From a bacterium (lineage in GTDB: Bacteria; Patescibacteriota; Minisyncoccia; Phycocordibacterales; UBA9973), in assembly GCA_037130655.1 (NCBI GenBank), contig JBAXSP010000001.1, positions 101,830 to 165,829 of the forward strand: 64,000 bases of DNA, given 5' to 3'. Below are positions 49,563 to 58,533 of this stretch, in pieces. How positions within the stretch are numbered: position 1 is the stretch's first letter; each line of letters starts with the position of its first letter. The notes under the pieces are model-generated. The model worked only from the letters and a program-made list of their open reading frames with translations. It made no database searches and was not told the origin of the DNA. The position numbers and the translations under genes were made by a program.

Positions 49563-52550
49563 CTAGTTAAAAATCCTTTTAGACAAAGCACAGTAAGGAC
49601 ACTCATCAGCTCCCCCGCCCCACGGTTTGAAATGACATTCATTTTCTATCCATGTTCCATTTTGCAATGCTTGATTGTATTCACCGATATCGCGTTTCAA
49701 TAAATCAATTTGCTCTTGTGATATATGAGCACTGTATAATGCGTTTTTGTCTTTAGTTTCTGCTTCTAAGAAAAGCAATTTTGAAATAGACACTGACTCA
49801 TCTTTTTTGCCACCACGCACCAAATACGAATACATAGCCAATTGACGCATATAATCAGACAACCGTCCTTCGTCGGTCATTTTCTCTATCTCACTTTTTG
49901 TTTTTGGCTTACCTGTTTTGAAATCAGTCACGACAATGTCTCCATTTGGAAATGTTTCAGTCAGATCCAACTTACCGTACATTTTAAGTTGTGGAAAATC
50001 TGAATCACGGAATTGCAACGATCGTTCTGATTGATGATCTTTTGCCAAATGTTCATAATAATTCTTGATCCAATTACTAACTGCTTTTTCGGCAGATTTC
50101 GATAAGTCTTTTAATTCTTTTTTGTCTTGTACACCTTCTTTCAGTAGACACTCCTCAATTTTTGCTTTGAGTATTTTGTCGGTCGGCAACTTCTTTTCTT
50201 TCAAAATAAATTCAATCGTACTGTGTACTGCAGAACCGAGCGCAAGACTCACTCCTTTGACTTCTGGCAGTTTCAAGAAATTTCTAAAATACCATTTCCA
50301 TGGACACTCAAAGAAATTGTTGAGTAGCGTGACAGTCGCATTTGTTTGTTCAAAATTCTCTTTGACGTATTGTTTCAATGCTTCGAGTGTTTCAGTTTTT
50401 TCGACTGAAGTAATTTCAGTATAAATTTTGGGCCCATGCACCAGTAACTCCGTTTCTGTTTGTTCGGCTGTTTTTTCGATGAAATGTTTTTTGTCTAAGT
50501 CAGCAACAATACGAGCAAGCTCAAGTTCTCCTCCACCATAATTTTCTTTTGCGTAAGAAATTGTACACAACTCTTTTGCGCGAGTAATTGCCACATACAG
50601 TTCACGTTTTGCAGCTTCGACGGTGCGTTCATTGATTTTTTCTTTGACCTTTTCTGGCAACGTAAATGCACTGCGTTTTTCACTCATCAGTGTTTGTTCA
50701 TTCATATGTGCAATCCACACTGCTTTGTACTCCAAACCTTTTGAACGATGGAGTGTCATAACTTGAATACCTGAAGTTCCACCGAACGTCGCAAGTTCGA
50801 TACTGTTGCCGTATGATTTCAGTCGTTCGATATATTCCAAAAATTCGGGCAACGTCGCACCAACGTGTTTGGTCTCATATGCAAGTGCAGTATGAATAAA
50901 ACTTCGTACTACTTCGACAGTATGTAAAAGCTCATCATGACTTGTCACCTTGTTTATCAAAAGTTCATTTCCAATTGTTGCGACAACCAACGACAACTTT
51001 TCATATGTCAGCGTACTGATCCAAGATTCAAGTTGCTTGCCCCATGTGGCAATTTCATTTTGATCATCAAATAATCCATTTGATTTTCCATTGTCAGTAA
51101 GTTCTCCGATTGTTAGATATTGCGGTTTTGTATTTCGTAAGAACGTATGTGCCATCATTGGTGGAATACCGCTTGTCTTGTCGAGTAAACTCGCAGACAG
51201 CGACACTGCATTAAATGGATCAGCGACAATCGAAAGTACCCGAAGCAAACTTTCTGTTTCTGGTTTACTAAACAGTGAGATATTGCCGGCTGAAGAAACA
51301 TGAAGTCCCATCTGTGACAAAATACTGACAGCGTTTCGAACGTGACGATTTTTCGGTACCAACAGTGCACATTCATGTTCTGGAATACCTTGTGCTATTT
51401 GTTGCTTGAAATACAATCCTGCACCGAGAATCTCATCGCGTTCGTACACATATTGCGCAAGCGTGATCCCTGTATCACCTGCACTGTTACTGCGGAGTTT
51501 TTCTTCAGTGATAGAACTACTGAGTAAGTCATCAGCTAGCGCGAGAATTGGAGAGGTTGAACGGTAATTTTCGGTCAATGTAATCAATTTAGCCTTTCCA
51601 AAAAATGTTTTGAATTCAGTAAAATAATTGATATTTGCACCAGAGAAACCATAGATAAGTTGGCGGTCATCACCCACGACGAAAATGTTTGGCGTAAGCC
51701 CCATCGATTCGAAATCTCCCCAAACAGCTTTCAAGAAATTGTTCTGCACCGCCGAAGAGTCTTGATGTTCGTCCACCAAAACATATTGATAATTTTCATA
51801 CACATCAGCACGAGCTTCATCTGATATTTCAACCACTCGCACCGCAAAATAAAGCACATCATCATAATCCATCAATCCGAGACCACGTTTGCGTTCTTCG
51901 TAGAGTTTATAAAATTGCACAACTTCTTTGGTTCGTTCAAGACTTTCGATTTTCTTCTCGACATCTTTTTTCAAACTTCCCTTACTTTCTCCGCGACTAG
52001 AGATGCTATCTGGATTTTCTTTCAGTTCCTTGATTTCAGTTTCGATATATTCCAAAAATTGCTCGTGTGTGAGCCGTTCGCGCTTCATCAAAGAAATCAA
52101 ACTTTTGAGTTCACCGAAATACATTGCTGGATTGGTACGTGGGCGCAAATGTTCCCAGTCATTGTCGTGCAAAATTTCATCCACGAGAAAAACTCCTTCT
52201 GCATCATCAATCAATTTTGGTTCTATTTCAAAACCAATCAAATCAAAATGTTTTTGTACCAAAGAAATTGCAAATGAGTGAAAGGTGTTGATGACGACAT
52301 CATTTGCCCGTGTACCGATATATGATTCCAAACGATCACGCATTGCAGTGACTCCTGAGCGAGTAAATGTCAGACACAAAATACCACTTGGACCAATGTC
52401 GGTCTTTTGTAAAATGTTGGCAATACGAAGCGCAAGAACTTGTGTCTTGCCCGTTCCTGGGCCTGCTACCACCATCACCGGACCGTCGAGTGTATCGACA
52501 GCGAGTTTTTGATTGGTATTGAGTTTGTTGTAAGCGTCAGCAAATTGCAT
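49563..52550 (-). CDS. UvrD/PcrA-like SF1A helicase with C-terminal RecB/Cas4-like PD-(D/E)xK nuclease and Cys cluster (AddA-like)
   Basis: 995 aa; VVAGPGTGKT Walker A, helicase motifs; C-terminal GKLDLTE...VVTDFKTGKPK nuclease motif and CPWKW...ECHF...CPYC cysteines. Confidence 0.85.
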   Translation of the reverse strand: MQFADAYNKLNTNQKLAVDTLDGPVMVVAGPGTGKTQVLALRIANILQKTDIGPSGILCLTFTRSGVTAMRDRLESYIGTRANDVVINTFHSFAISLVQKHFDLIGFEIEPKLIDDAEGVFLVDEILHDNDWEHLRPRTNPAMYFGELKSLISLMKRERLTHEQFLEYIETEIKELKENPDSISSRGESKGSLKKDVEKKIESLERTKEVVQFYKLYEERKRGLGLMDYDDVLYFAVRVVEISDEARADVYENYQYVLVDEHQDSSAVQNNFLKAVWGDFESMGLTPNIFVVGDDRQLIYGFSGANINYFTEFKTFFGKAKLITLTENYRSTSPILALADDLLSSSITEEKLRSNSAGDTGITLAQYVYERDEILGAGLYFKQQIAQGIPEHECALLVPKNRHVRNAVSILSQMGLHVSSAGNISLFSKPETESLLRVLSIVADPFNAVSLSASLLDKTSGIPPMMAHTFLRNTKPQYLTIGELTDNGKSNGLFDDQNEIATWGKQLESWISTLTYEKLSLVVATIGNELLINKVTSHDELLHTVEVVRSFIHTALAYETKHVGATLPEFLEYIERLKSYGNSIELATFGGTSGIQVMTLHRSKGLEYKAVWIAHMNEQTLMSEKRSAFTLPEKVKEKINERTVEAAKRELYVAITRAKELCTISYAKENYGGGELELARIVADLDKKHFIEKTAEQTETELLVHGPKIYTEITSVEKTETLEALKQYVKENFEQTNATVTLLNNFFECPWKWYFRNFLKLPEVKGVSLALGSAVHSTIEFILKEKKLPTDKILKAKIEECLLKEGVQDKKELKDLSKSAEKAVSNWIKNYYEHLAKDHQSERSLQFRDSDFPQLKMYGKLDLTETFPNGDIVVTDFKTGKPKTKSEIEKMTDEGRLSDYMRQLAMYSYLVRGGKKDESVSISKLLFLEAETKDKNALYSAHISQEQIDLLKRDIGEYNQALQNGTWIENECHFKPWGGGADECPYCALSKRIFN

Positions 52551-52644
52551 ATCTGTTTATTATACAATATCACTATAAACACCGATGGTTGACCTATATT
52601 TTGATTGTGGTACAATTGAAAACGGTAAAAAGTTCTATTGATAA

Positions 52645-52968
52645 ATGTGTAAAAAAACTAACCAAAACCGCAAAGGTGATCACCAACCAGCAAAACAAGT
52701 AGTACCTGAACTTCTAAATGAAGTGCTTGCATTCAACAGTAAAGGCAGGCAGAACAAAGTAGAAAACTATGTACCACTTGCACAAAAACTTCACAAACAT
52801 GGTTACTCAGTAAATACCTTCCTCAAATATTGGGACGGTGACAAATTGACTGAACGAATGATTTCAAACTTACAAAATGCTCTTGATATCGTTCAAGGCA
52901 GACAAGAACAGGAGAACACACAACTGATCACCGAAGAAGAAAACTCTTTCGCAGTTATTACACTTTAA
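52645..52968 (+). CDS. hypothetical protein
   Basis: 107-aa ORF followed by terminator AAAGCCTCC-TTTTC-GGAGGCTTT at 52975-52997. Confidence 0.45.
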   Translation: MCKKTNQNRKGDHQPAKQVVPELLNEVLAFNSKGRQNKVENYVPLAQKLHKHGYSVNTFLKYWDGDKLTERMISNLQNALDIVQGRQEQENTQLITEEENSFAVITL

Positions 52969-53009
52969 ACAAAAAGCCTCCTTTTCGGAGGCTTTTTTAT
53001 TTTGATAAT

Positions 53010-53327
53010 TTATTTTTCTTTCTTACCCCATCGCCATGATGGTTTTTCTCCGGTTGCATAACAAATGATAATCAGAAAGACTGTTACGATGTATGTGTTC
53101 GGAAAGAAATTGATAATAAAATCTGAGTCAGAATGTACGTGATTGTCGATGAAAATCAAATTTCCATAAACCACAAAAAGATACATCACAAGCACCGCCC
53201 AACCTTGCCAAGTACATGGAGTCCAGCCCCAGCCGTATGATTTTGCTCTAAACCAAACCTTGTTTGGTCGAGCGTCCGTCTCTGACGGATTAGCTTCAAA
53301 CCATAGTTTTTTGTTTTCTTGTTCCAT
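53010..53327 (-). CDS. small hypothetical membrane protein (SYGWGWTPCTWQGW motif)
   Basis: 105 aa; two predicted TM helices. Confidence 0.5.
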   Translation of the reverse strand: MEQENKKLWFEANPSETDARPNKVWFRAKSYGWGWTPCTWQGWAVLVMYLFVVYGNLIFIDNHVHSDSDFIINFFPNTYIVTVFLIIICYATGEKPSWRWGKKEK

Positions 53328-53384
53328 ATTTAAACTAAATTATATCATTAAAACTTACAAAAATAATTATAATTAAAAAGTTAT

Positions 53385-53500
53385 AAAATCGATACAGTTC
53401 AAGGCGGTGTGGTTAAAAGATGAGGAGATGTACAACACGTACATTGACGAATATTTTAACCACACCAACGCAGAAATGTACGATTTTATAACTTTTTAAC
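53385..53500. promoter_or_regulatory. nested inverted-repeat structure (outer AAGTTATAAAATCG/CGATTTTATAACTT, inner GGTGTGGTTAAAA/TTTTAACCACACC, central ATGTACAACACGTACAT)
   Basis: ~115-nt element able to form a long branched or extended hairpin; outer arm contains the stop codon of the 53486..53926 gene. Confidence 0.4.
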
Positions 53501-53926
53501 CTGTTCTTGGCGAGCATTAAATACTATCTTTGACCGGCGAGTGATTGCGAAAATACCGAGCACAACAATATAGGTTGTCGTAACTTCGGATGGCATCACA
53601 TACGGTAAATGCAAAATTGCATCAACTACCAAAATTCCAAATACGAGAATTGTCCAAATAAGTACATATCGCTCCCCAACCCTTTTTCCGCTGTGGTGTT
53701 CGTGCCAACGTTCAAACTCCTTTTCAGCAATGAAGATGACCAAAATAGCTTTGTAAATAATAGCAATCGGACCTAACAAATCAGGCTCGCTGTTGTTCGT
53801 ATAAAAATCAAATAAGATTGTCCCGAATAAAATAATAGAAGCAAGACCAGCTAGTAGTCTCCAGAAGTAATCGTCATATTTCTTTGGAAATATTGGATTA
53901 TCCATAACACTCGTATTGTAACACAA
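53486..53926 (-). CDS. hypothetical membrane protein
   Basis: 146 aa; 4 predicted TM helices. Confidence 0.5.
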   Translation of the reverse strand: MCYNTSVMDNPIFPKKYDDYFWRLLAGLASIILFGTILFDFYTNNSEPDLLGPIAIIYKAILVIFIAEKEFERWHEHHSGKRVGERYVLIWTILVFGILVVDAILHLPYVMPSEVTTTYIVVLGIFAITRRSKIVFNARQEQVKKL

Positions 53927-53927
53927 A

Positions 53928-54037
53928 TAATGACTAATTACTAGTGACCAATGACTAATTTAATAAAACACAAACTATTCAAAAAAGAGGCGAAAACCGT
54001 AGGTTTTCGCCTCTTTTTATTAGACACTGGTCATTAC
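53928..54037. repeat. palindromic intergenic element copy 4 (right arm shortened)
   Basis: AATAATGACTAATTACTAGTGACCAATGACTAAT ... AAGAGGCGAAAACCGTAGGTTTTCGCCTCTT ... ATTAGACACTGGTCATTAC. Confidence 0.7.
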
Positions 54038-54148
54038 TTCGAACAGCTTCCACAAGAACATCCGCACCTTCCTTACAGGAACAGTACACCTTTTGGATAT
54101 ATTTCTTCGTAAAACTCGAAATCTATCTCAAAAGGTCTTGCGTCTGTA

Positions 54149-54727
54149 TTACGATACAGACTCACCAGTCTTACCTGAACAACCACAAGATGCATCTTTG
54201 CAAGAAGCACAGTCACAAGTTTTTGCAGTACCAGTTGTAGCACTTGCATCACAGACACAAGTTTCGCATCCGTTGCAAGAACCGCATCCACCGCAAGTTC
54301 CTTTGCCACAGCAATCACCGGTATTACAAACGCCACATACGCATTTTGTCTTCATTGCGTATTTACCACAACCAAGAGAAAGAATTGCAATGTTTGCAAC
54401 GAGCAACATCAAATCAATTTCCATTGCTTGGAATCCCATTTTGCGTTTTACCAACAACATTGCAAATACCATTACCAATGCAAGTAGTGGTGCAACGATA
54501 CAAGCTCCAATACCAAGTACCAACATGATACCTCCCAATAGTTCTATTGCGCCGATAGCGTATGCAAAGAATTTTGCAAGACCGAGCATTGCGAAGAATC
54601 CTACTGTTTGATCAATATGTGCCAACTTTTGGTATCCGTGGAAAATAAAAATAATACCGACAGCGACACGCAACAACAACAATCCAAAGTGTGGAGTGAA
54701 GTATTTTCTCATACAATCTTTTGTCAT
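54149..54727 (-). CDS. DoxX-family membrane protein with C-terminal Cys-rich (metallothionein-like) tail
   Basis: 192 aa; N-terminal DoxX-like 3-4 TM helices; last ~65 aa contain 20 Cys in CxC/CxxC/CC patterns (CVCGVCNTGDCCGKGTCGGCGSCNGCETCVC...). Confidence 0.7.
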   Translation of the reverse strand: MTKDCMRKYFTPHFGLLLLRVAVGIIFIFHGYQKLAHIDQTVGFFAMLGLAKFFAYAIGAIELLGGIMLVLGIGACIVAPLLALVMVFAMLLVKRKMGFQAMEIDLMLLVANIAILSLGCGKYAMKTKCVCGVCNTGDCCGKGTCGGCGSCNGCETCVCDASATTGTAKTCDCASCKDASCGCSGKTGESVS

Positions 54728-54772
54728 AAAAAATAAAATTAAAAACTACTAATATGTTATTCCTTTATTGTA

Positions 54773-55549
54773 TCACTTACCACCAAAGCGAGGAAGTAAA
54801 TCTTTACCAATAGCACTATATGGAATCGTAATACTCACCTCTCCTGTCGCATATGGCGCGACTTGATATGGATTGAACACCACCACAAGTCCGGTGTCAG
54901 ACAAATAGACATTGTCGAAATTTTTGGGATCAGGACCAGCACCTTCGTTTACCATGTCTTCATCATAATTTTCGGCAAGCACGGTCTTCAATTGCTCTTT
55001 TGATAATTGAGATAAATCTTTCCAGAACAATGTTTTTTTATTGAACAAATTTTCGGTATAGATTTGTTGTCCATCAGTATCACCAATCAGCAAAACTTGT
55101 GAATATTCGTATGGATGCGCAGAACCTTTTGATTCTGATTCGAGTTTGAAAATAATCGTCGTGACACTGTGCACCGGTTGCAGAATTTGATATTCACCAG
55201 TCAACTTACTGACTCCGTCATCAGTTGCAGTCACATCAGTTTCGTTGGCAATAAAATTATCAATTTCTTTTTTGATAACCGTGCGAATCGTTGCATTGGC
55301 AATCGCCAAAAACGGCATAGCTTCTTGGTACTCTGGATAATGCACTTTGATATAGATACCGGTATCGCGTTTGGTAAATGTTTTGTCTTTTGTTTGCGCA
55401 AGCGAAAGATTGGTAATACTTGGATTTGGACGATTGTCGACTTTTTGTTTTGCAAAACGAATCCAAAAAGCACCGAGGATTACAACGAGCAAAAATACCG
55501 TTACTAAAAATTTTGGATTCCGAACAAGGTCGGCAATAAACTTCTTCAT
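54773..55549 (-). CDS. membrane-anchored DUF3298/DUF4163 (RsiV-like) domain protein
   Basis: 258 aa; N-terminal TM anchor, extracytoplasmic beta-rich domain resembling anti-sigma-V C-terminal domain family. Confidence 0.5.
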   Translation of the reverse strand: MKKFIADLVRNPKFLVTVFLLVVILGAFWIRFAKQKVDNRPNPSITNLSLAQTKDKTFTKRDTGIYIKVHYPEYQEAMPFLAIANATIRTVIKKEIDNFIANETDVTATDDGVSKLTGEYQILQPVHSVTTIIFKLESESKGSAHPYEYSQVLLIGDTDGQQIYTENLFNKKTLFWKDLSQLSKEQLKTVLAENYDEDMVNEGAGPDPKNFDNVYLSDTGLVVVFNPYQVAPYATGEVSITIPYSAIGKDLLPRFGGK

Positions 55550-55623
55550 GATATATAAAGTATATCACGCAGTGTATTTAGAGTACAAAATATGATATAA
55601 AAGTATTGTTATTTTGTATTCTG

Positions 55624-55712
55624 AGCTGGGGAATCGTCTAATGGTAGGACTTCGGTTTCTGGTATAAAAAGTGAACTGCTTCACTTTTTATCCGATTCCG
55701 AGTCACACGAGG
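55624..55712 (+). pseudogene. degenerate tRNA-Gln-like copy with 27-nt hairpin insertion after the anticodon loop and broken T-arm
   Basis: 32 nt ATCGTCTAATGGTAGGACTTCGGTTTCTGGTA identical to the 5' half of the tRNA at 55804..55874, then AAAAAGTGAA-CTGC-TTCACTTTTT hairpin, then degenerate TCCGAGTC T-loop remnant. Confidence 0.5.
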
Positions 55713-55803
55713 AAATTGCTGTTATAATTCTTTTTAATTACAAAAAGAATTATAGGCAATAGGGACTACTATTTGGGTATTTGAATTTTATTGTTTACAA
55801 AGC

Positions 55804-55874
55804 TGTCGGATCGTCTAATGGTAGGACTTCGGTTTCTGGTACCGACTATCTTGGTTCGAGTCCAAGTCCGACAG
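55804..55874 (+). tRNA. tRNA-Gln (anticodon CTG)
   Basis: Manual fold: acceptor TGTCGGA/TCCGACA, D-arm GTCT-AATGGTA-GGAC, anticodon stem TCGGT/ACCGA with loop TTCTGGT, T-arm CTTGG-TTCGAGT-CCAAG. Confidence 0.65.
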
Positions 55875-55934
55875 CTTTGTAAATAATTCACAATAAGGTG
55901 CATCCCAGCTTCCCAGCTTAAAATAGAAAATCAT

Positions 55935-56441
55935 ATGAAAAAAATCATTAACAACAAAATGCAAAAGGGATATGAATATGAATTGGTTGCGCCAATGGGC
56001 AAACAATTTGATCCGAAATTCAAACCCGATCTCACTCCGAAACAAATGCTCGCACTTGGTGTCTTTGGTGGTGTGTATATGCGTGATGTTGCAAAAACTG
56101 ATGAATACCCTTCTGATTGGTTCACTCGAGCAAAATTGGCAACCGGCAAACGAGACAAGAACCTCAACTATTTCAACGTGAACGCTTCACAATCACTCGC
56201 AATCTGGCGAAAGAATGGTTGGATATACAAAGACGATCCACGAGGATGGTTCGAATGGTATTGCCGATATTATATGGGACGACGAATTCCCAAAGAAGAC
56301 GCTCGACAAATCGACCGCTGGCAAAAGATGGTACGACATGTAGGGCAAATCAAAAACAATTGCCGAGTTGGTGATGAATTTTGCCGACCACGACAACGAC
56401 AAGCCTTGCTCCACTGGGCATATGATAGTAGAAAAATGTAA
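55935..56441 (+). CDS. conserved hypothetical protein (Trp/Tyr/Arg-rich; GVFGGVYMRD and WFEWYCRYYMGRR motifs)
   Basis: 168-aa ORF immediately downstream of tRNA-Gln. Confidence 0.5.
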   Translation: MKKIINNKMQKGYEYELVAPMGKQFDPKFKPDLTPKQMLALGVFGGVYMRDVAKTDEYPSDWFTRAKLATGKRDKNLNYFNVNASQSLAIWRKNGWIYKDDPRGWFEWYCRYYMGRRIPKEDARQIDRWQKMVRHVGQIKNNCRVGDEFCRPRQRQALLHWAYDSRKM

Positions 56442-56625
56442 TAACCACTGCTAATTATTTAGTAGCGTAATTTTTAAATACACCAAATAAGAAAAAATAC
56501 TTCTTATACTTTTATGTAAGTATTTTAAAAATTCTCGTACCAAAATCTATTATTTTACAGATAGTCTTATGTATGATATAATTTTTAGGAAATAAAATAA
56601 ATTCTGTAACTTAAAACAATTAAAT

Positions 56626-57384
56626 ATGAACAAAGAAAATCTTATCGACAAATTACCCAGAACTGTTCCTTTTGGATACTGGAAAGGATCTGGAGAAAGC
56701 CATCAGTTCAATGTTGGTTTGAATCACCTAATCTTTCTTGATTTATCAAGTTTATTGGGAATTAACACTGATATTAACTTACTGAGATTTTACGCTAAAG
56801 AGGAACACAATGAAGAACTATTATTTGATGGTAATTCTATGTCTTCCGACAATGCTGAGGATCAATTGAAAAGGGTTGAAAAATCTTTCATGATTCTTGA
56901 ATCAAAAGGTGTTGATGTTGATGAAAGAATCAAAGCTAAAAAAGATTTCTTTTCTTTTTTAAGCCTGCATTCTTTTTATGGAAACAGTTTATCAGGAATA
57001 GTCATACTTAAAGCAGTAGAAGTTGGTCAAACATCACCAGAAGTATTACAAAGGAATTTAGTCTTACCAGAATACGTAAAACTTATTCCAGCAAAGATGG
57101 CGTACCAAATTGCTTTTCTTCTGTCTCATTGTATGACTGAGAACTTTATGAAGGTTTTCGATCTTTATCAAATTCTTATAATGAATGAACCATTAGAAAA
57201 ATCGGATCCAAATGATAATAACCTGACTGTATCAGTATCTCCGCCGAGAAAAAAGGAAGGATTAGGCCCAGTAAAAGCAAAAATTGGACTGAACCTTTTC
57301 GATAACCCTTATACAATCAATAAGGGAGACGGGCTCTGTTTTCTTTGTTTCCAATCAACCATCAAAGAACGAGGCATGTGGTAA
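56626..57384 (+). CDS. hypothetical protein (AT-rich)
   Basis: 252-aa ORF in a very AT-rich stretch; no motif recognised. Confidence 0.5.
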   Translation: MNKENLIDKLPRTVPFGYWKGSGESHQFNVGLNHLIFLDLSSLLGINTDINLLRFYAKEEHNEELLFDGNSMSSDNAEDQLKRVEKSFMILESKGVDVDERIKAKKDFFSFLSLHSFYGNSLSGIVILKAVEVGQTSPEVLQRNLVLPEYVKLIPAKMAYQIAFLLSHCMTENFMKVFDLYQILIMNEPLEKSDPNDNNLTVSVSPPRKKEGLGPVKAKIGLNLFDNPYTINKGDGLCFLCFQSTIKERGMW

Positions 57385-57622
57385 ATGCACAAAAAAAAAG
57401 GCATATCCGATTAAAACTATCGAGGTGTGCCTTTTTCTAATTCAATAAATCGTTCTCCGACGCTTGAACTAGTACTCTCTTATGTATACAATGAACGTAT
57501 ATGAATCCCGCTCAAAAATCGCGGTCGCAATTTTTTATTTGGGTTTTTCATTTTTTAATAACAAATTAATATGATAGTGTTTCGGTTTTGTTCAAAAATA
57601 ACCGCGACCTATTTCTAACGGG

Positions 57623-58141
57623 ATGAATAAAATTATCGCAATACTCATCACTGCACTCCTTTTGGTTGGAGGAGGTGTATATGTAAAAACACACAAACAA
57701 GACAGCACTAAACAATCAACACAAGCAACGAGTACAACCGAAGAATCGTACAAACAAGAAGCTTCTTCAACTGAATCTGTTGGTCAAAAAACAGAACGAG
57801 AAGATGAAGACAGTAACGAGAATGATGACGATGACAATGAAGGACGAACCAGTGCTTCAAAAGAAACAATCAAACCAACAACAAAGCCAGCAACACAAAC
57901 TAGTGCGACATTTACGCTCGCTCAAATCGCGACACACAACAATAGTGCAAGTTGCTACACAACTATTTCAGGTGGTGTATATGATCTGACTACATGGATC
58001 AATCAACATCCGGGTGGACGTATGGCGATACTTTCTTTGTGTGGTAAAGACGGCACTGTATCATTTATGAACCAACACGGCGGACAAGGACGACCTGAAC
58101 AAGAATTGGCGAGTTTCAAAATTGGAACATTAGTAAAATAA
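57623..58141 (+). CDS. membrane-anchored cytochrome b5-like heme-binding domain protein
   Basis: 172 aa; N-terminal TM, acidic S/T/E/D linker, C-terminal LAQIATHNNSASCYTTISGGVYDLTTWINQHPGG cyt-b5 HPGG motif. Confidence 0.65.
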   Translation: MNKIIAILITALLLVGGGVYVKTHKQDSTKQSTQATSTTEESYKQEASSTESVGQKTEREDEDSNENDDDDNEGRTSASKETIKPTTKPATQTSATFTLAQIATHNNSASCYTTISGGVYDLTTWINQHPGGRMAILSLCGKDGTVSFMNQHGGQGRPEQELASFKIGTLVK

Positions 58142-58154
58142 TATTCAATCACAA

Positions 58155-58532
58155 ATGGAAATAAAAAACGTCAACAAAGTACATAAAGAAAAATTGAGTA
58201 AACTCGACAAGATTGCACTTCGAGCAACAAGTTTTGTCGGTTCAATGAAATTCTTTTTTGCAATCGTCATTTGGACAACACTCTGGTTTTCATGGAATAT
58301 TTTTGCACCAGTAGAATTTCGCTTCGACCCATTCCCTGCTTTTGTACTCTGGCTCTTCTTGTCGAATATGATTCAAATCTTTTTGATGCCACTCGTGATG
58401 ATTGGGCAAAATTTGCAAGGACGACACTCTGAAGAACGCGCAGAAAATGATTACCAAGTGAATATCAAAGCAGAAAAGGATATTGCTGTCATCCTTGGAA
58501 AATTGGAAGCGATAGAAAATAAAATGAAGTAG
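58155..58532 (+). CDS. DUF1003-like membrane protein
   Basis: 125 aa; two TM helices, FRFDPFPAFVLWLF...NLQ pattern resembling DUF1003. Confidence 0.5.
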   Translation: MEIKNVNKVHKEKLSKLDKIALRATSFVGSMKFFFAIVIWTTLWFSWNIFAPVEFRFDPFPAFVLWLFLSNMIQIFLMPLVMIGQNLQGRHSEERAENDYQVNIKAEKDIAVILGKLEAIENKMK

Positions 58533-58533
58533 T

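Noticed and set aside
54073-54336. 87-aa minus-strand ORF overlapping the DoxX Cys-rich tail in another frame, and the plus-strand 54093..54611 ORF
   Set aside because: Alternative frames of the Cys-codon-rich (TGY/GCA) region. The DoxX-Cys reading frame is continuous with the conserved membrane domain.
55624-55712. Interpreting the upstream tRNA-like copy as a functional intron-containing tRNA
   Set aside because: The T-arm and 3' acceptor strand are not intact (only a TCCGAGTC remnant), so a mature cloverleaf cannot form. Called a pseudogene or remnant instead.
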